In this document: piece after piece, positions 38,801 through 50,869 of the stretch | Position numbering within the stretch: position 1 is the first letter of the stretch | Layout: each line of letters begins with the position of its first letter | Source of the DNA: Geosiphon pyriformis uo1 | Taxonomy: Eukaryota; Fungi; Glomeromycota | Direction of reading: 5' to 3' | Assembly (NCBI GenBank): GCA_016748015.1 | Contig: JAAOMT010000563.1 | Coordinates: 186,001 to 250,000 of the forward strand | Length of the DNA: 64,000 nt | The notes under the pieces: model-generated | Database searches by the model: none | Told to the model about the DNA's origin: nothing | What the model saw: only the letters and a program-made list of their open reading frames with translations | Program-made: the position numbers and the translations under genes

Positions 38801-39914
38801 CATCAGAATAATAATTGTTTGTTTCGAGTTGGCGAATTTATTTGAGAAGTTTGTTGAATTTCCCAATATAAGTCATAACAGATTCAGAGGGTTCTTGTTT
38901 GATATTTTGAAAACGATTGCGAAGGGTAATGGAGGTATTATTGTTAGTGAACTGTTCAAGGAAAGCTGCTTTGAAAGCGTTCTAATCATTGAATGGGGCA
39001 GCCAAGTTTTCAAACCATTCTCCTGCTGTTCCTTTGAGAAAGTAGGGAATTGTTCTTAACATTCTGGCAGCATTCCATCCATTTACATCTCCAGCTTTAG
39101 TAACTTGGTCGAGCCATTCTTGGGGACTGGTCTCAATGTCTTCTTCATTAAATTCAGGGATTTTTGCAATGTATGTTGTCATTTTGTCTTCTTCGTTTTC
39201 ACTGTCTATTGATTCTTCTTCAGATATTTCAGGTTCGTTTTCTTCATTTACTGCTGTCTCAGAGTGTTCACTTTGATTTTCAGCTAGAAAGTTAAGGAGA
39301 TTGGAACTAGTTTGAAGGGGTTCTTGTTGTCTGATAGGACTTCTGAGTGATGTAAAATCTTTTGATCTTGCAAATCGATTCAAGGGTGAATTAGGTGTTT
39401 GTGCTTGTGCAAGTAAAGCTGGAAAAGGTGTGATAGTAAGTGGAAGTTTTGAACTGGTTCCTTGTTCAGGTGTTTGTAAATGTTTGGCAGTTGTTTTCAG
39501 TAGTGTTGGAGTATTTGGGGTGGTTTTTGAGTATTGCTTCAATTTGTTTTTGCCTTTGTTGCTTGTTTCTGTTTCTGATTCAAAATCAATAGTGTATTGA
39601 GACTGCACTGGATATGTTTCTTCACAATATTTGATAATGTTAAAATTAAGTTCATAAAAGTAAGTGGCAAGTGTTTCACTGTTAAGGTTTTCAGTTCCCA
39701 ACTGTGAATAGTGTGCTAAATTATTGTAAAGGTTGCTTCTAACTTCTGAGATATTGTAATTTTCAAAAAAATAATTGTTGATGCAGTTTTTAATGTATTG
39801 GTATACTGATTTCTTAACAATTTCAATTCCGTCTGGAATGTTGAATCTTTGCTTGCAGTGGGTGTAAATTGACTGGTAATACTCTAGAGTTGTTGTGTCT
39901 GGTGTGGTCACCAC
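32860..39914 (-). pseudogene. gag-pol of copy B: N-terminal extension, Gag (CCHC), protease, Cys-rich domain, dUTPase, RT, RNase H, integrase
   Basis: Fragments 38982-39959, 38148-38792 (CHYCEISGHWKRDC), 37785-38093 (LILDSGS), 37149-37781, 36135-37133 are in one frame separated by point-mutation stops; RT VVYLDD near 35100; integrase H-H-CDSC and PYHPQTNGLVE. Confidence 0.93.
36138..36530 (-). pseudogene. dUTPase domain within pol of copy B
   Basis: DVGYDL, IIDAEYTGDI, IVQAI, RGTQGFGSTG motifs. Confidence 0.9.
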
Positions 39915-39940
39915 TTTGAATTTTGTTGTTGCTGTGTTAT

Positions 39941-39958
39941 TTCCGTGGGAGAGCACCA
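39941..39958 (-). other. Primer-binding site of copy B
   Basis: TGGTGCTCTCCCACGGAA, complementary to a tRNA ending ...CCGTGGGAGAGCA-CCA; isoacceptor not identified. Confidence 0.85.
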
Positions 39959-39960
39959 AA

Positions 39961-40941
39961 TGTTACCAGAGATTTTTGGTCTCTTTTCTTAAATGTTGTT
40001 AATGTTGATTTGTTGTGAATTCACATTTTCAGGAAGTAGTTGGACCTCCAGTAACTGAATTTATCTTCAAATTATCTCCTATAATTTGAACTTGCTGGGC
40101 TTATGAATGAAATGACCAATTCTGTACCAGTTGCTTTATGTAGTTACATTATAGTAAATGTCAACTCTTTCCCAGGAATTGCTCATCTGGAAGCTCACTA
40201 AAAATGTGTAGTTACTTTGCTGTGAAAGTCAACTCTTCTACAGGAATTTTGTCTGTAAGCTACCCTAATGATTATAATAAGAAAAGAAAAGAAAAATAAA
40301 AGAAATGTAAAAGAAATAGGATTTTATCAAGAGAAATGTTTTTCTATCCAGGCCTGGAGTCACTAACAGTTTACTGAAATTGGTAGCTAATCAATTTCGA
40401 AATGTTAGTTGGGTTTTTGGGGGTTTTTTCAAGTACAATAATTAAAGAATTTGGTTTTTCAAATTATTTGATATTTATTTCTTTTTGTGTGTATAGGAAT
40501 GGTTTTAAGAGATAAATCTAAAGTAAGATACATTTTTTTGAAGAGAGATGCTCTTCTTTTATACAACTTGTCATAACACTATTCTATGAACTTGAACTTT
40601 GCTATTTTCTACAATTTTGCTGAACTAAAGATACATTTCAGCGAACTACAAGTTATTTCTGCGAACTATTAGATATTTCGGTGAACTATCAATTATTTCG
40701 GCAAATTTCTACAAATTTTGGCAAACTTTTAAATATTACATAGTTTGGGGTATTGCATGATTTGATCATCGCAATTAAGTTACATTTGTGTTGTATACAA
40801 ATTGGGTTATTAATTAAATGATAATTTCGGACATTTTGCTAATGTAATAAGTGATAATTTGAAACAATAATATGCTAATTAATGATAGAATTTATAAGAT
40901 AATTTCATGCTAAATAATATTTCTAATTTTGTCTGGTAACA
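39961..40941 (-). repeat. 5' LTR of copy B (981 bp)
   Basis: TG...CA termini, adjacent PBS, about 96% identical to the 3' LTR by manual comparison. Confidence 0.97.
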
Positions 40942-43900
40942 GCGAGTGGTGCCTTCAGTACTGTCAGATCTTTGGGCCCATCAATATGCTCCTTTGGCCC
41001 ATGTTAAGGATAATACTTTTTCTGGTGTTATGAGTGCAGTCAGTTTGAATGAGTTGCTTTTGGTCATTGGTGGTTTACCAGATGGTAAAGCTGTTGGCTT
41101 ATCCAGTATCCCTAATAAACTTTGGAAACATAGTGGTGAAAAGGTGATGGAGTGTCTCTTGGTGTTTTTAAATGCGTGTTTATCTATTGGTTTTGTGCTT
41201 GCTTTGTGAAAGAAAGCCTGGGTCTCAATAATACCAAAACCTTATAATTGGGATGAGGTGTTAACAAATATTTGTCTTATTGTTCTGATTGAAACAGCCA
41301 GGAAAATTCTCTCCAAAATTTTCTCAGACAGGATATTCTTTGTATGTAGCAAGTTTGATGTTCTCCGTAGTGACAATTTTTTGGTGCTAAAGGGTACTTC
41401 TACTCAATCTCCTGTATTCACTGTTGGATTGGTGGTCGAAGATGCTTTTGAGAAGAATAGGGAACTTTGGTTGGTTTTACAGGATATGTGCAAGACATAT
41501 GATTCTGTTGGTTGGCATTACTTGAGAGCTAGTCTGCATTGTATCAAAATGTGTGAAAGGTTTATTGGCTTTTTTGGTGGTATTCATACAGATAGGGTTA
41601 ATAGAGTAATGACTGATTTTGGTCTTTTAGGTAGTTATAGGGTGCATGATGGCCTTGATCAGGGTGAAGTCTTTTCGTCTCTTCTTTGGAGGATCTTTTA
41701 TGATCCACTTTTGTGTGAAATTAAAAGGCATGAGCATTTGTGTAGATATTGCATTGATACTAAGTTTGTAGTGAAAACTGGCAGGATTGAGAATAGTAGT
41801 GGAATGACTTCCTTCTTTGCAGCTGGCGCTTTTGTGGATGATACAATTTGGATTGGAAATTGCCAGGCTTCTATGCAATATGCTTTGAACATTGCTAGTG
41901 AGTTCTTTTTTATTAACGATATTTTTATAAACAATGAGAAGACAGTGGCCATACCAATTAATCAGGGTGTTAAGATTGCTTCTTTAAATATAAGTGGTCA
42001 GCCGATTTTTATTGCAAAGAAGAGTGAGGCTCACAGATATTTGGGGATTTTTTTGTCAACTGAAGGGTTGTCCAAACCCAGTCTGGCCAAGACTTATTCA
42101 GATGTTTGGTTTTTCATCAATGTGGTGTTCAGAAAAGCGATTACGGATAAGCAGTTTTCCTATTTGGTTTTGGCTGTCTTACAGTCCATTGTTAGTTATC
42201 GAATGCAGTTTAGTTTTGTTTCATTTAGTGTGTGCTGCAAGTGGAACATTTTGGTCAGAAAAGGCCTCAAATCCAAAGTGCATCTGCCTTGTGATTTTCT
42301 TAATTCTGTTCTGCATCATCCTTTACTGTATGGTCTGAAATCTTTTGAGCAAGTGCAGTCTGAAGACAAGGTGGCTTCTTTGATCTCTTTTGCTAATGCC
42401 TCTGGCATTCTTGGCCATTTGTTTGAGCATAGATTTCTAGACTTGCAGATTTTGGGTTGGACTCCTTTGGATCCTTTTCAATTTCCTGTCAAGTTGTGTA
42501 TTAGTCCATTGAACAATTTTTTAGCAGGTGTTGTGAAGATTTTTTTGGACAATAATCTCTCTTTGGTGAACAACATTCCTAGTGCTTTTCATCATTCTGG
42601 CTGTTTTCTGATGTCTTCGATTCTTGGAGAGTCTCTTTACTTTAGTTCTGTTCGGTCTCTTAAACACTTTGGTATTGCTTTTGATAATCAGCTTTTTGAT
42701 AAGAAGGGAGAGTTGTTGGATTGGAAGACTTTTCATCGCTGAAAACATTTGGATCTGCAGAGTCCTGTGCCCCATTGGTTTGCAGTTGCTTCTAAGTTTT
42801 TTCTGAATCAGAGTTTGTTCTCTCTAGGCTTTACTGGTGCTGTCCATTCTGGTGGTTTGAGTATTACGGGCTCTGATGTGTTTTCTTCTATACAGGATGG
42901 TTTACATGAGATTTGGTCTGGCTGTTTTAAAGTGTATATGGATGAGTTCTTAAGGGATGCTGAATCTGTTAATGTGTTAAGTGGTGCTGCTGTGTACTTC
43001 CTGGCTTTGGATTTGAATGTTGGTGTCAAGGTTTTTGGCCTTTTATCTTCTACTATGGCTGAGTTGCAGGCTGTTGCTCTGGCTTTAGAGTGTGTTCTAT
43101 CATTTTGTTCTGTGATTTTGCATCTTGACAGCCAAGCTGCAATTGATGCTTGTGTCTCTGAATTATTGTTTCTCATTCTGGACTTTCGTAATCACTGCTG
43201 GATTGAAAGAAGGCATATTTTTAACTTGATTAGGGATAAGGATCTCAGTGTGAATTGGGTCAAAGTCAAAGGTTATGCCAGTGTTCTTGGCAATATGAGA
43301 GCCAATAAGTCTGCAAGTGGAGCTGCTAGCTCTTCATACATTTTGCCAATAAGGATATGAGAGCATTGTTTGATGACTGAGGACACTATGATATTGGGCA
43401 ATGCCTGCCACTTTGTTAGAGATGTGTTTAGATCTGTTTGTCGTGTTCGCTGGGAGGCTGATCTGGGCCAGGATGTGGTCTCAGTTGACATGCTGAGGGA
43501 TTTTGATTGGATTGCTTTGGTGAAGGTCTGGCATCCTGACTCACACATGCTTGCTGGGTTTACTAACTGGAAATTGGCTGATCTTTGAACATATTTAATG
43601 AAGGCTGTACACAAAAAGTTGCTGGTGGCTGTCAGAAAAAGGTTATACAATAAATGTTACCCAGGTGTTCAGTGTTTGTTGTGTAAGGAGGTGGAACTGT
43701 CGGACCATGTTTTTACTTGCTCACAGGATGTTCACACCTGGACAGAAATTTTGCTGAAGGCTTCTGCACACTGGGCATTTCTGGTTGGCAATTGTAATCC
43801 ATTTTCCTCTTCTGTTCTTAAAGTTCTTGATTCTTGTCACTTGGATGTTGGCAAGTATTCGGTTTTATGTAAGAGTTTTGTAATGAAAAGTTGGGTTGTT

Positions 43901-44207
43901 AAGACAACGGGTGTTTTTAAGGATGCTAGAAAAGTCTCTGGAGTGGTGGTTGAGTTTGTGAGGTTCTTGGTTGAGCTGCATCAATCCAGAATTTGGTTAA
44001 TTCAGAGCAGACATGAAAAGGGCTGGCTTGGTTGGTGATAATTGTTTGGTTTCGAATTTGTTATGTAGAGTGTGTTCTGTGCTTTCAGATAGTGTGGTGA
44101 GAATGTTTGGCATTGCTGAGTCTTTTGCTGTCAGTTTTGGCTGTTGCAGGCCTTGCCTCTTTTTTTCGGGTCTAGATAATTGCCTCCATGTTTATATAGG
44201 TGTGTAG
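40942..44207 (+). pseudogene. LINE ORF2 3' part (RT, RNase H, C-terminal CCHC)
   Basis: LQDMCKTYDSV, GLDQGEVFSSLLW, AAGAFVDDTIW, YLGIFL (RT); VYMDE...MAELQA...LDSQAAI...WVKVKGY...GNMRA (RNase H); CLLCKEVELSDHVFTC. Confidence 0.92.
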
Positions 44208-47200
44208 TGTTGCCTAGTCTGGCCTGAATGGCTAGTTGCATGTAGTCATTGTGTGAGTTGCATTTAGTTTGAGCCACTTAGTTTGGCTCTATGTACTAGA
44301 TAGCAGTTGGACTTCACTCATTAAATGCTAATAAAAAAAAAAAAAAACTTAATTAAAAAATATATAAAGTAAATAGCATAAATTTTAACTAAGTATTTAT
44401 TTCTTTAATTTTTTTATAAAAGTACTATTATTTATATTATTATTTAAAGTATAACAAAAAGCTATTAAAAAAATATAGTTTAATAAATAATAAAATTAAT
44501 AATAAAATTATATAAAAACAGAATAAATATAACTTTTTTTAAACTGTTTTTTTAACTTTCTTGGCTGAAAATTCAGTTTAAAATAATGATAAAAACTATT
44601 TAAATTAATATTAAAAAAACATAATTTTAATAATATAAGTATTGTAATAATTTTGAGTCTTAAATAATACTAATACCAAAAATTTGGCTTTAAAATAATA
44701 ATAAAAACCAATTTAAGTTAATATTAAAAAAATATAATTTTTAATAATATAAATACTATAATATTTCTGAATTTTAGATAATACTAGTTTGTTATATAAT
44801 ATGTTAATTTTATTAGTTATTAACTAATTTAAATTAATTTAAAAATATATATTTATATTTTTAATATAACTTTTTAATTTTTTAATACTTTAAAAAAAAT
44901 ATTTACAATATTTATTTTATTATGTTATTTATTAATTAAACCAAAATTAATTATTGTTTATTAAAGATTCTAATTGTTATTAATATAATAAGTAAGAATA
45001 AAAACAAAAACTTTATTATTGAAAAATATTCAAAAATATAATATAAAAAAAATTTTGAACTTAATAATATCTAAATATATTTGTTATATTATAAATATAA
45101 GTAAAATAAAAAAAATATTTTATAATAAAAATAATACTTACTTTTAATTTTTGTTTATTTGAAATATAAAGTTCTATAATTCTATTTTTAATTATATTAA
45201 CATAAACAAGTTAAGAAATAAGTTTCAAATATTAAAATATTTCAATCAATTTGGAGTTTTTTATTATAAATAATTATTAATAATTAATAAATTAAATAGT
45301 AATTATATTATAAAGTTTTTTATTATTAATAATATTAATAGTAATTATTACAAAAATTTAAAACAGTTTTTTAGTTTGTTTAATCAATCAATTATAAAAA
45401 AATAGTAATTTTATTTGTTAGAATATTTGTTTAATTAATTTGTAATTTTTTTGAATAATTTGTTTTTTTTTATAATATTTATTATGATATATAAAAAAAT
45501 ATTAAAAATATTAAATACTTAATATAATATAAAAAAAAACTATATATTATAATATTATTACCAATTTAAGTCATAGTTTTTTTATAATTACTTATAGTTA
45601 TAATCTACAAATTAACATAAATTATGTTTTTATAAAACACAATAATAAATCATATATATATATAAAATATAAAATATTTTTATTATAAAAAAATTTATTA
45701 TATTAAATATGTTTTGGAAAAAAAAATTTTGAATACCAAAAAAAAAAGATTATTTTAACAAAAAAGGTAAAACATATAAACAATAAGATTTTTACGATTA
45801 TTGAATGTTTATATTCTTTTATAATATATGTATAGAAATTATATGAGCTAAAAAAACTTCTTAAAAAATAAATGAGCTAACCACAAATTTTTAATAAATA
45901 CAACAAATGAACTGAAAGAAATTGGAATTTTATATAAACAACTTAAATATTCAATAATAGAGAATAAAAAAATCTACTGCCAAACTTTTTCTTAAATACA
46001 ATTGAATTTTATTATAGATATTAACAAATCTATTTTTATACAAACTATTTAAAATAAATTAATTTAAGAAAAACTTTATTTGTGTATTTTTTATCTCAAC
46101 CTATTAATTTTTAAATCAAATAAAAAAAAACATTTACAATAAACTTATAATTATAAAAATTAAACAATAAAAGATTTTAAATAAGTTGTTTAATTAGATA
46201 AATTTATATATATACAATTTAAAACTACAGAATTTAGATGTATATGACATAAATCTTCCAAAAAGTGTTATAAAAATTGTATTATAGCCACAATTAAAAA
46301 AACTTTGATTATATGTTTTAAGTTGATTTAAGTTTTTTAATTCTTTTGGTTAATTATATTATTAAAATTATATATTATAAAATCTTGGCTAATTATACAA
46401 TTCTTATGATAAAATTTCATGCAAAAAAAAGTTTTTTTTTTAGAAAAACAATACATTAATTCATATATCAAAAGTTGTGAATTCTTTTTTTATCTTTTCA
46501 AATATTAAATTATTTTTTTAATTAGTACAAAATTCTGATATTACTCCAATAAAAAATTTTTAATTATATATTAAAATTAAAATTTGTTAACATAATTTAC
46601 AACTCTTAAATATTGTATAATTAGAACAATAGATTAAAAAAAATAAGATGTAATACTTATAAATTACTATCATAATTTGATTAAGTTTATATTATATTGA
46701 ATTTAAGTTATTCTTAAAACAAATAAAAATAAAATAAAATAATAATATGTATTTTAATATAATAATAAAAATTAATAATTTATAAATTAGTTTTTTTATA
46801 TAATATATTATAAAAGTATTCAATATATTCTTTTATATATTGTTTAGTAAAAGATTTCTAAATAATATTATAAAAATTTAGTAGTATTTGTAATTTTACA
46901 AAAAAATAGTTTATGTACATATTTTAAAACTGTATATTTAATTGTTTTTTTTGACTATTTAAACTTATTAAAATGGTTTTATATTTTATTTTAAAAACTA
47001 TATTTACCAAAAATATTAATATTTAACTATTTGGTTTATTAAATTCTATTATTTCGAATTTTAAATTTTTAATTAATTATAATAATTAAATAAATAATAC
47101 AGAATATATATATTTTTTAATTTTATTAAATTAAACCAAATTTGTAAACTTTAAACCAGATTTGAACTAAATTCAAACTTATCAAAAAAATTTAAATTTA

Positions 47201-47974
47201 AATTTTAACTAAATTTACTTTAAAAATTTGGTTAAATTTAAGTTTAATTTATAATTTAAACTAAACTTAAATAATATTTAAAGTTTAATTTAGTTCAATT
47301 TAATTGAATTCTTATTTTTAACTTGAAATTAAAACCAAAAACTAGTAAAAAAAAAATCCAACTTAATAATTAAAACTAATTTATATAAGTATTAATTTTC
47401 TTAATTATTTAACAAAAAATCAAAATAAGTATTCAAAAATTATAGCAAATAAAAAAATATTTCTAAATTTATTTTTAAAAAAAAAAGAGAACCAAAAAAA
47501 ACAAAGAAAATAATAAAAAATTAACAGCTATATATACAAAAATTTCAGAATTTTTAGAAAAATATTGAAACAAATTTCCAAGAATAACTTAATAAAGTTA
47601 TAAAAACAAAAAATACAAATAAATAAAACACAATAAAAATAACAATTTTTTATTTTTTGGAAAAAACTACTAATAAATAATTTAAAAATCTTATCAATCT
47701 TTTTAAAAACTAACAAGTATTTAAAACTGTTTTTTTTAAATAATTTACTAATAATAATACTTCAATTATTCTTTAAACCTATTTTTAAAACATTAAGTAA
47801 GAATTATCTAAATTAATTATAACTTATTTTAAAAAGTTTAACAAGTTTTTTAAAAAAAATAAGCAATTAAAAACAAATAATTATTATTTTAATATTTAAG
47901 TTTTAAATTAATTTATAAAAAAAATTTAATTATTGTTACTTGAATAGAAAGCCAATCCAAAAGCTATTGAAAAA

Positions 47975-48125
47975 ACGTAATTAAAATATAATAACATAAA
48001 AAAAACGTAATAACATAAAATAACACAGAATAATATATAATAATTTAGAATAATACAAGATAATATATAATAACATAAAATAGTACAGAATAATTAGTCA
48101 TAATATAAGATAACTAGTTATAATA
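47975..48125 (+). repeat. 10-bp-period minisatellite (TAAYAYARAA-like)
   Basis: taacataaaa taacacagaa taatatataa taatttagaa taatacaaga taatatataa taacataaaa tagtacagaa. Confidence 0.6.
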
Positions 48126-49030
48126 TAAAAAAATCAAACAACAATATAAATAGCAAATAATAGTTAGTAATAACAAATAATCAAAAACAAATTTATAAAA
48201 CTAGAAAATATGTATAAAAATAAGTAGTTTTAGTAAATAAAAAAAGATGAAAAAAAGATAAAAAACTATTTTTTTAAAACATATCTTAGCTTTAAAACTT
48301 AATAAATCTCTTTTATTTTATTTTTTCTATATTTTTATATTTACAATTAAATAAAAATATTGTTTAATTTACTTGTATATAATTCTTAAATCTGTATTGT
48401 TAAAATCAAATTAATTATTTCTTTTATTTTTGTTTTAAGTCAGATATTCTTAGTATAAACTGTTTTAGAACTCTAATAATTTAAACTAATTGCTTTTGAT
48501 TATAGTAATTGATAATATTAATTTATTTATTTTTTCTCTTATTTTTTTTTAATTTTTTTTTTTTTTGGTAAAGTGGTAATATTAAAAAAATTGACTATCT
48601 AAGAATAGACTTTATAATAGCCTGGTAAAAAAGAGAAGCTTTTTTTAGGTTTAAATATTAACTCTATCTTATTAATTTATTAAAAAGACAAAAAGACAAT
48701 ATTAGATTCTAGTAATTTTACTTAACTAGCTCAAAAAAAATAGTTTATATACACTTAACTATAAATAGTTAAATCATATTTTTGTGTCTTATAACTAAAA
48801 GAACTTTATAGATAAATTTATATTTATTAAAAATTTTCAAAAACTGATAATTCCAATTTATCACTCATATAAACAAAAAAAATCTTCAAGATTTCTTATT
48901 TAAATATAAATTACCAAACATTACTATTATATTTACCAAGTTTATTTGTAATATCATATGTTTATAAAATTTAACTATTACAATTTAATATGTTAAAACT
49001 TATAAAATAATAATAAAAAAAGTAAATTGC

Positions 49031-50230
49031 TATTACTAAAAGTTTTTTATTCTTTTTTTGATATTATTAATGTTGTTTTGTGATTAATTTTATTGTTAAT
49101 TAAAGTTAATAAACCTTTAATAAGCTAATTTATCTTTTAAAATATTTCTTTATATTTTAAATCATATATATTATTAGACTTATAATAAATGGCCAATTTT
49201 ATGCCAATTATTTTATATGATTACTTTGTAGTAAAAATCAATTTTTTTATAAAAATTTTTCATTTATAAGTTTTTTAATAATATGTAGCTACTTTATTGT
49301 AAAAATTAACTTTTTTATAAAAAGTTTTAACTATAAATTATTTAATAATATAAAATTTAAAATAATAATAATATAAAATAAAAAAAATAAGAATATTTTT
49401 AAGAAAATTATTTTTAATTCAGATCTGAAAATACTAACAATTATTAAAATTAATAGCTAGTTAATTTTAAAATATTAGTTGTAATTTAGTAATTTTAAAA
49501 TAATAAAAATTTAAAAATTTTGGATTTTTAAGATAAGTTTTTTTAATTAATTTAAATTATTGTAATTAATTTTTATCTTAAACTAAAATAAAAAAATAAA
49601 ATTTTTTTAAAAGAAAAGCTTTTCTTTTATACAATTTATTATAATACTTTTTATAATTTAATACTTATTTTTAATATTTTAGCAAACTAAAAATATATTT
49701 TGTCAAATTACAAGTTATTTTTGCAAATTATTAATTATTTTAATAAACTGTTAGATATTTTGTCAAATTTTAAGTATTTTGGTAAATTTATAAATATTAT
49801 ATAGTTTATAATATTGTATAATCTAATTAATATAATTTAATTATTATTTTTTATTAATTAATAAATAAGATTTAAACACTACTTAATATAATACATTAAA
49901 TTAAATAATCTAAACTAAGTATAAATTATGTATTTGCTATATATAACCAGTTATTTAAGCCAATTAAAATAATATTATATCTTTATATAAACAAAAATAT
50001 CTTTATTAATATTAAAAATAAATAAACATAAAGAACATATGCCAAAATTAATACTTAAAGCCACTTAATTATAGTTGTGTTTATATAAATTAGATTATTA
50101 ATTAAATAATAATTTGGATAATTTGATCAAATAATAAGTAATAATTTAAATTAATAATTTATGCTAATTAATAATAAAAATTATAAAATAATATTATGTT
50201 ATTTATTAACTTAAATTTTTATTAATAATA
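49031..50230 (-). repeat. Heavily AT-converted solo LTR of family 1 containing a LINE tail
   Basis: tattactaaa...attaataata termini (eroded TGTTACCAGA...GGTAACA); internal blocks match LTR 39961-40941; flanks TTGC/CTAC both derivable from a CTGC TSD. Confidence 0.75.
49845..50064 (-). mobile_element. 5'-truncated LINE insertion (3' tail only)
   Basis: T-run followed by sequence matching the LINE 3' end at 50745-50950; TSD TTAATTAT at 49837-49844 and 50065-50072. Confidence 0.7.
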
Positions 50231-50869
50231 CTACACAAAACTTGTAAATTTAATTATAAAAAAAACCAGTTTAATAACTAAAAAAAAGATTAATTAACTT
50301 ATAAAAAAAATTAAAAAATATTTTATAAATTAACAATAAAAATATTAATTATTATAGTCAAAAATACCAATTTATTTAATATTTTTTTATTTAAATTTGA
50401 AGTCAATAAATTATTATTTCTATTTAATAATATAATTGTCTTTAAACAAAAAATAATTATGATAATATATACCAAAACCAAATTTAAAAAAAACTAATTT
50501 AGTTAATTTTGAATAATAAATTTGCTAAAAGTATTATTACTTATTAATTAATATAAAACTTAAACAAAATATTAACTAATTTGTCTAAACAGTAATTTTT
50601 ATAACTAATAGTATTATTATAATTAAAACTTATATTTTTTATTTATTTATTGATTTAATTATCATATATTAGTTATTAAAAATTATTAATTAACTATTAT
50701 ATTTTTAAAAATAGTTATTAATATAATTATTAACTTTTTTTTTTATTAACATTTAATGAGTGAGGCCCAAATGTTACTTAGCATAATACATCAAACTAAG
50801 TAATTAAAACTAGGCACAAATTATGCATTTTCTACAAATGACCAGCCACTCAGATCAATCAGAGTAACA

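Larger units (their letters stand above)
30781..40941 (-). mobile_element. Complete Ty3/Gypsy copy B (family 1) with two LTRs
   Basis: LTRs 30781-32065 and 39961-40941 with 10-bp inverted termini TGTTACCAGA/TCTGGTAACA; 4-bp TSD GCGG/GCGA; removal restores the LINE frame WTRRR-VVPSVLSDLWAHQY. Confidence 0.97.
27344..44344 (+). mobile_element. Full-length non-LTR retrotransposon (LINE, APE-RT-RNase H type, about 6.8 kb) split by Gypsy copy B
   Basis: ORF1, ORF2, 3'UTR and poly(A) 44333-44347; TSD AAACTTAATTAA at 27332-27343 and 44345-44356, left copy preceded by a T-run (TT/AAA target). Confidence 0.9.

Noticed and set aside
39941-39958. PBS primed by the local tRNA-Gln
   Set aside because: The tRNA-Gln 3' end (CGAGACCT-CCA) does not match the PBS-implied end (GGAGAGCA-CCA).
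45740-47340. Possible eroded coding sequence and palindromic subterminal-like repeats
   Set aside because: Too degraded to assign a family or boundaries by eye.
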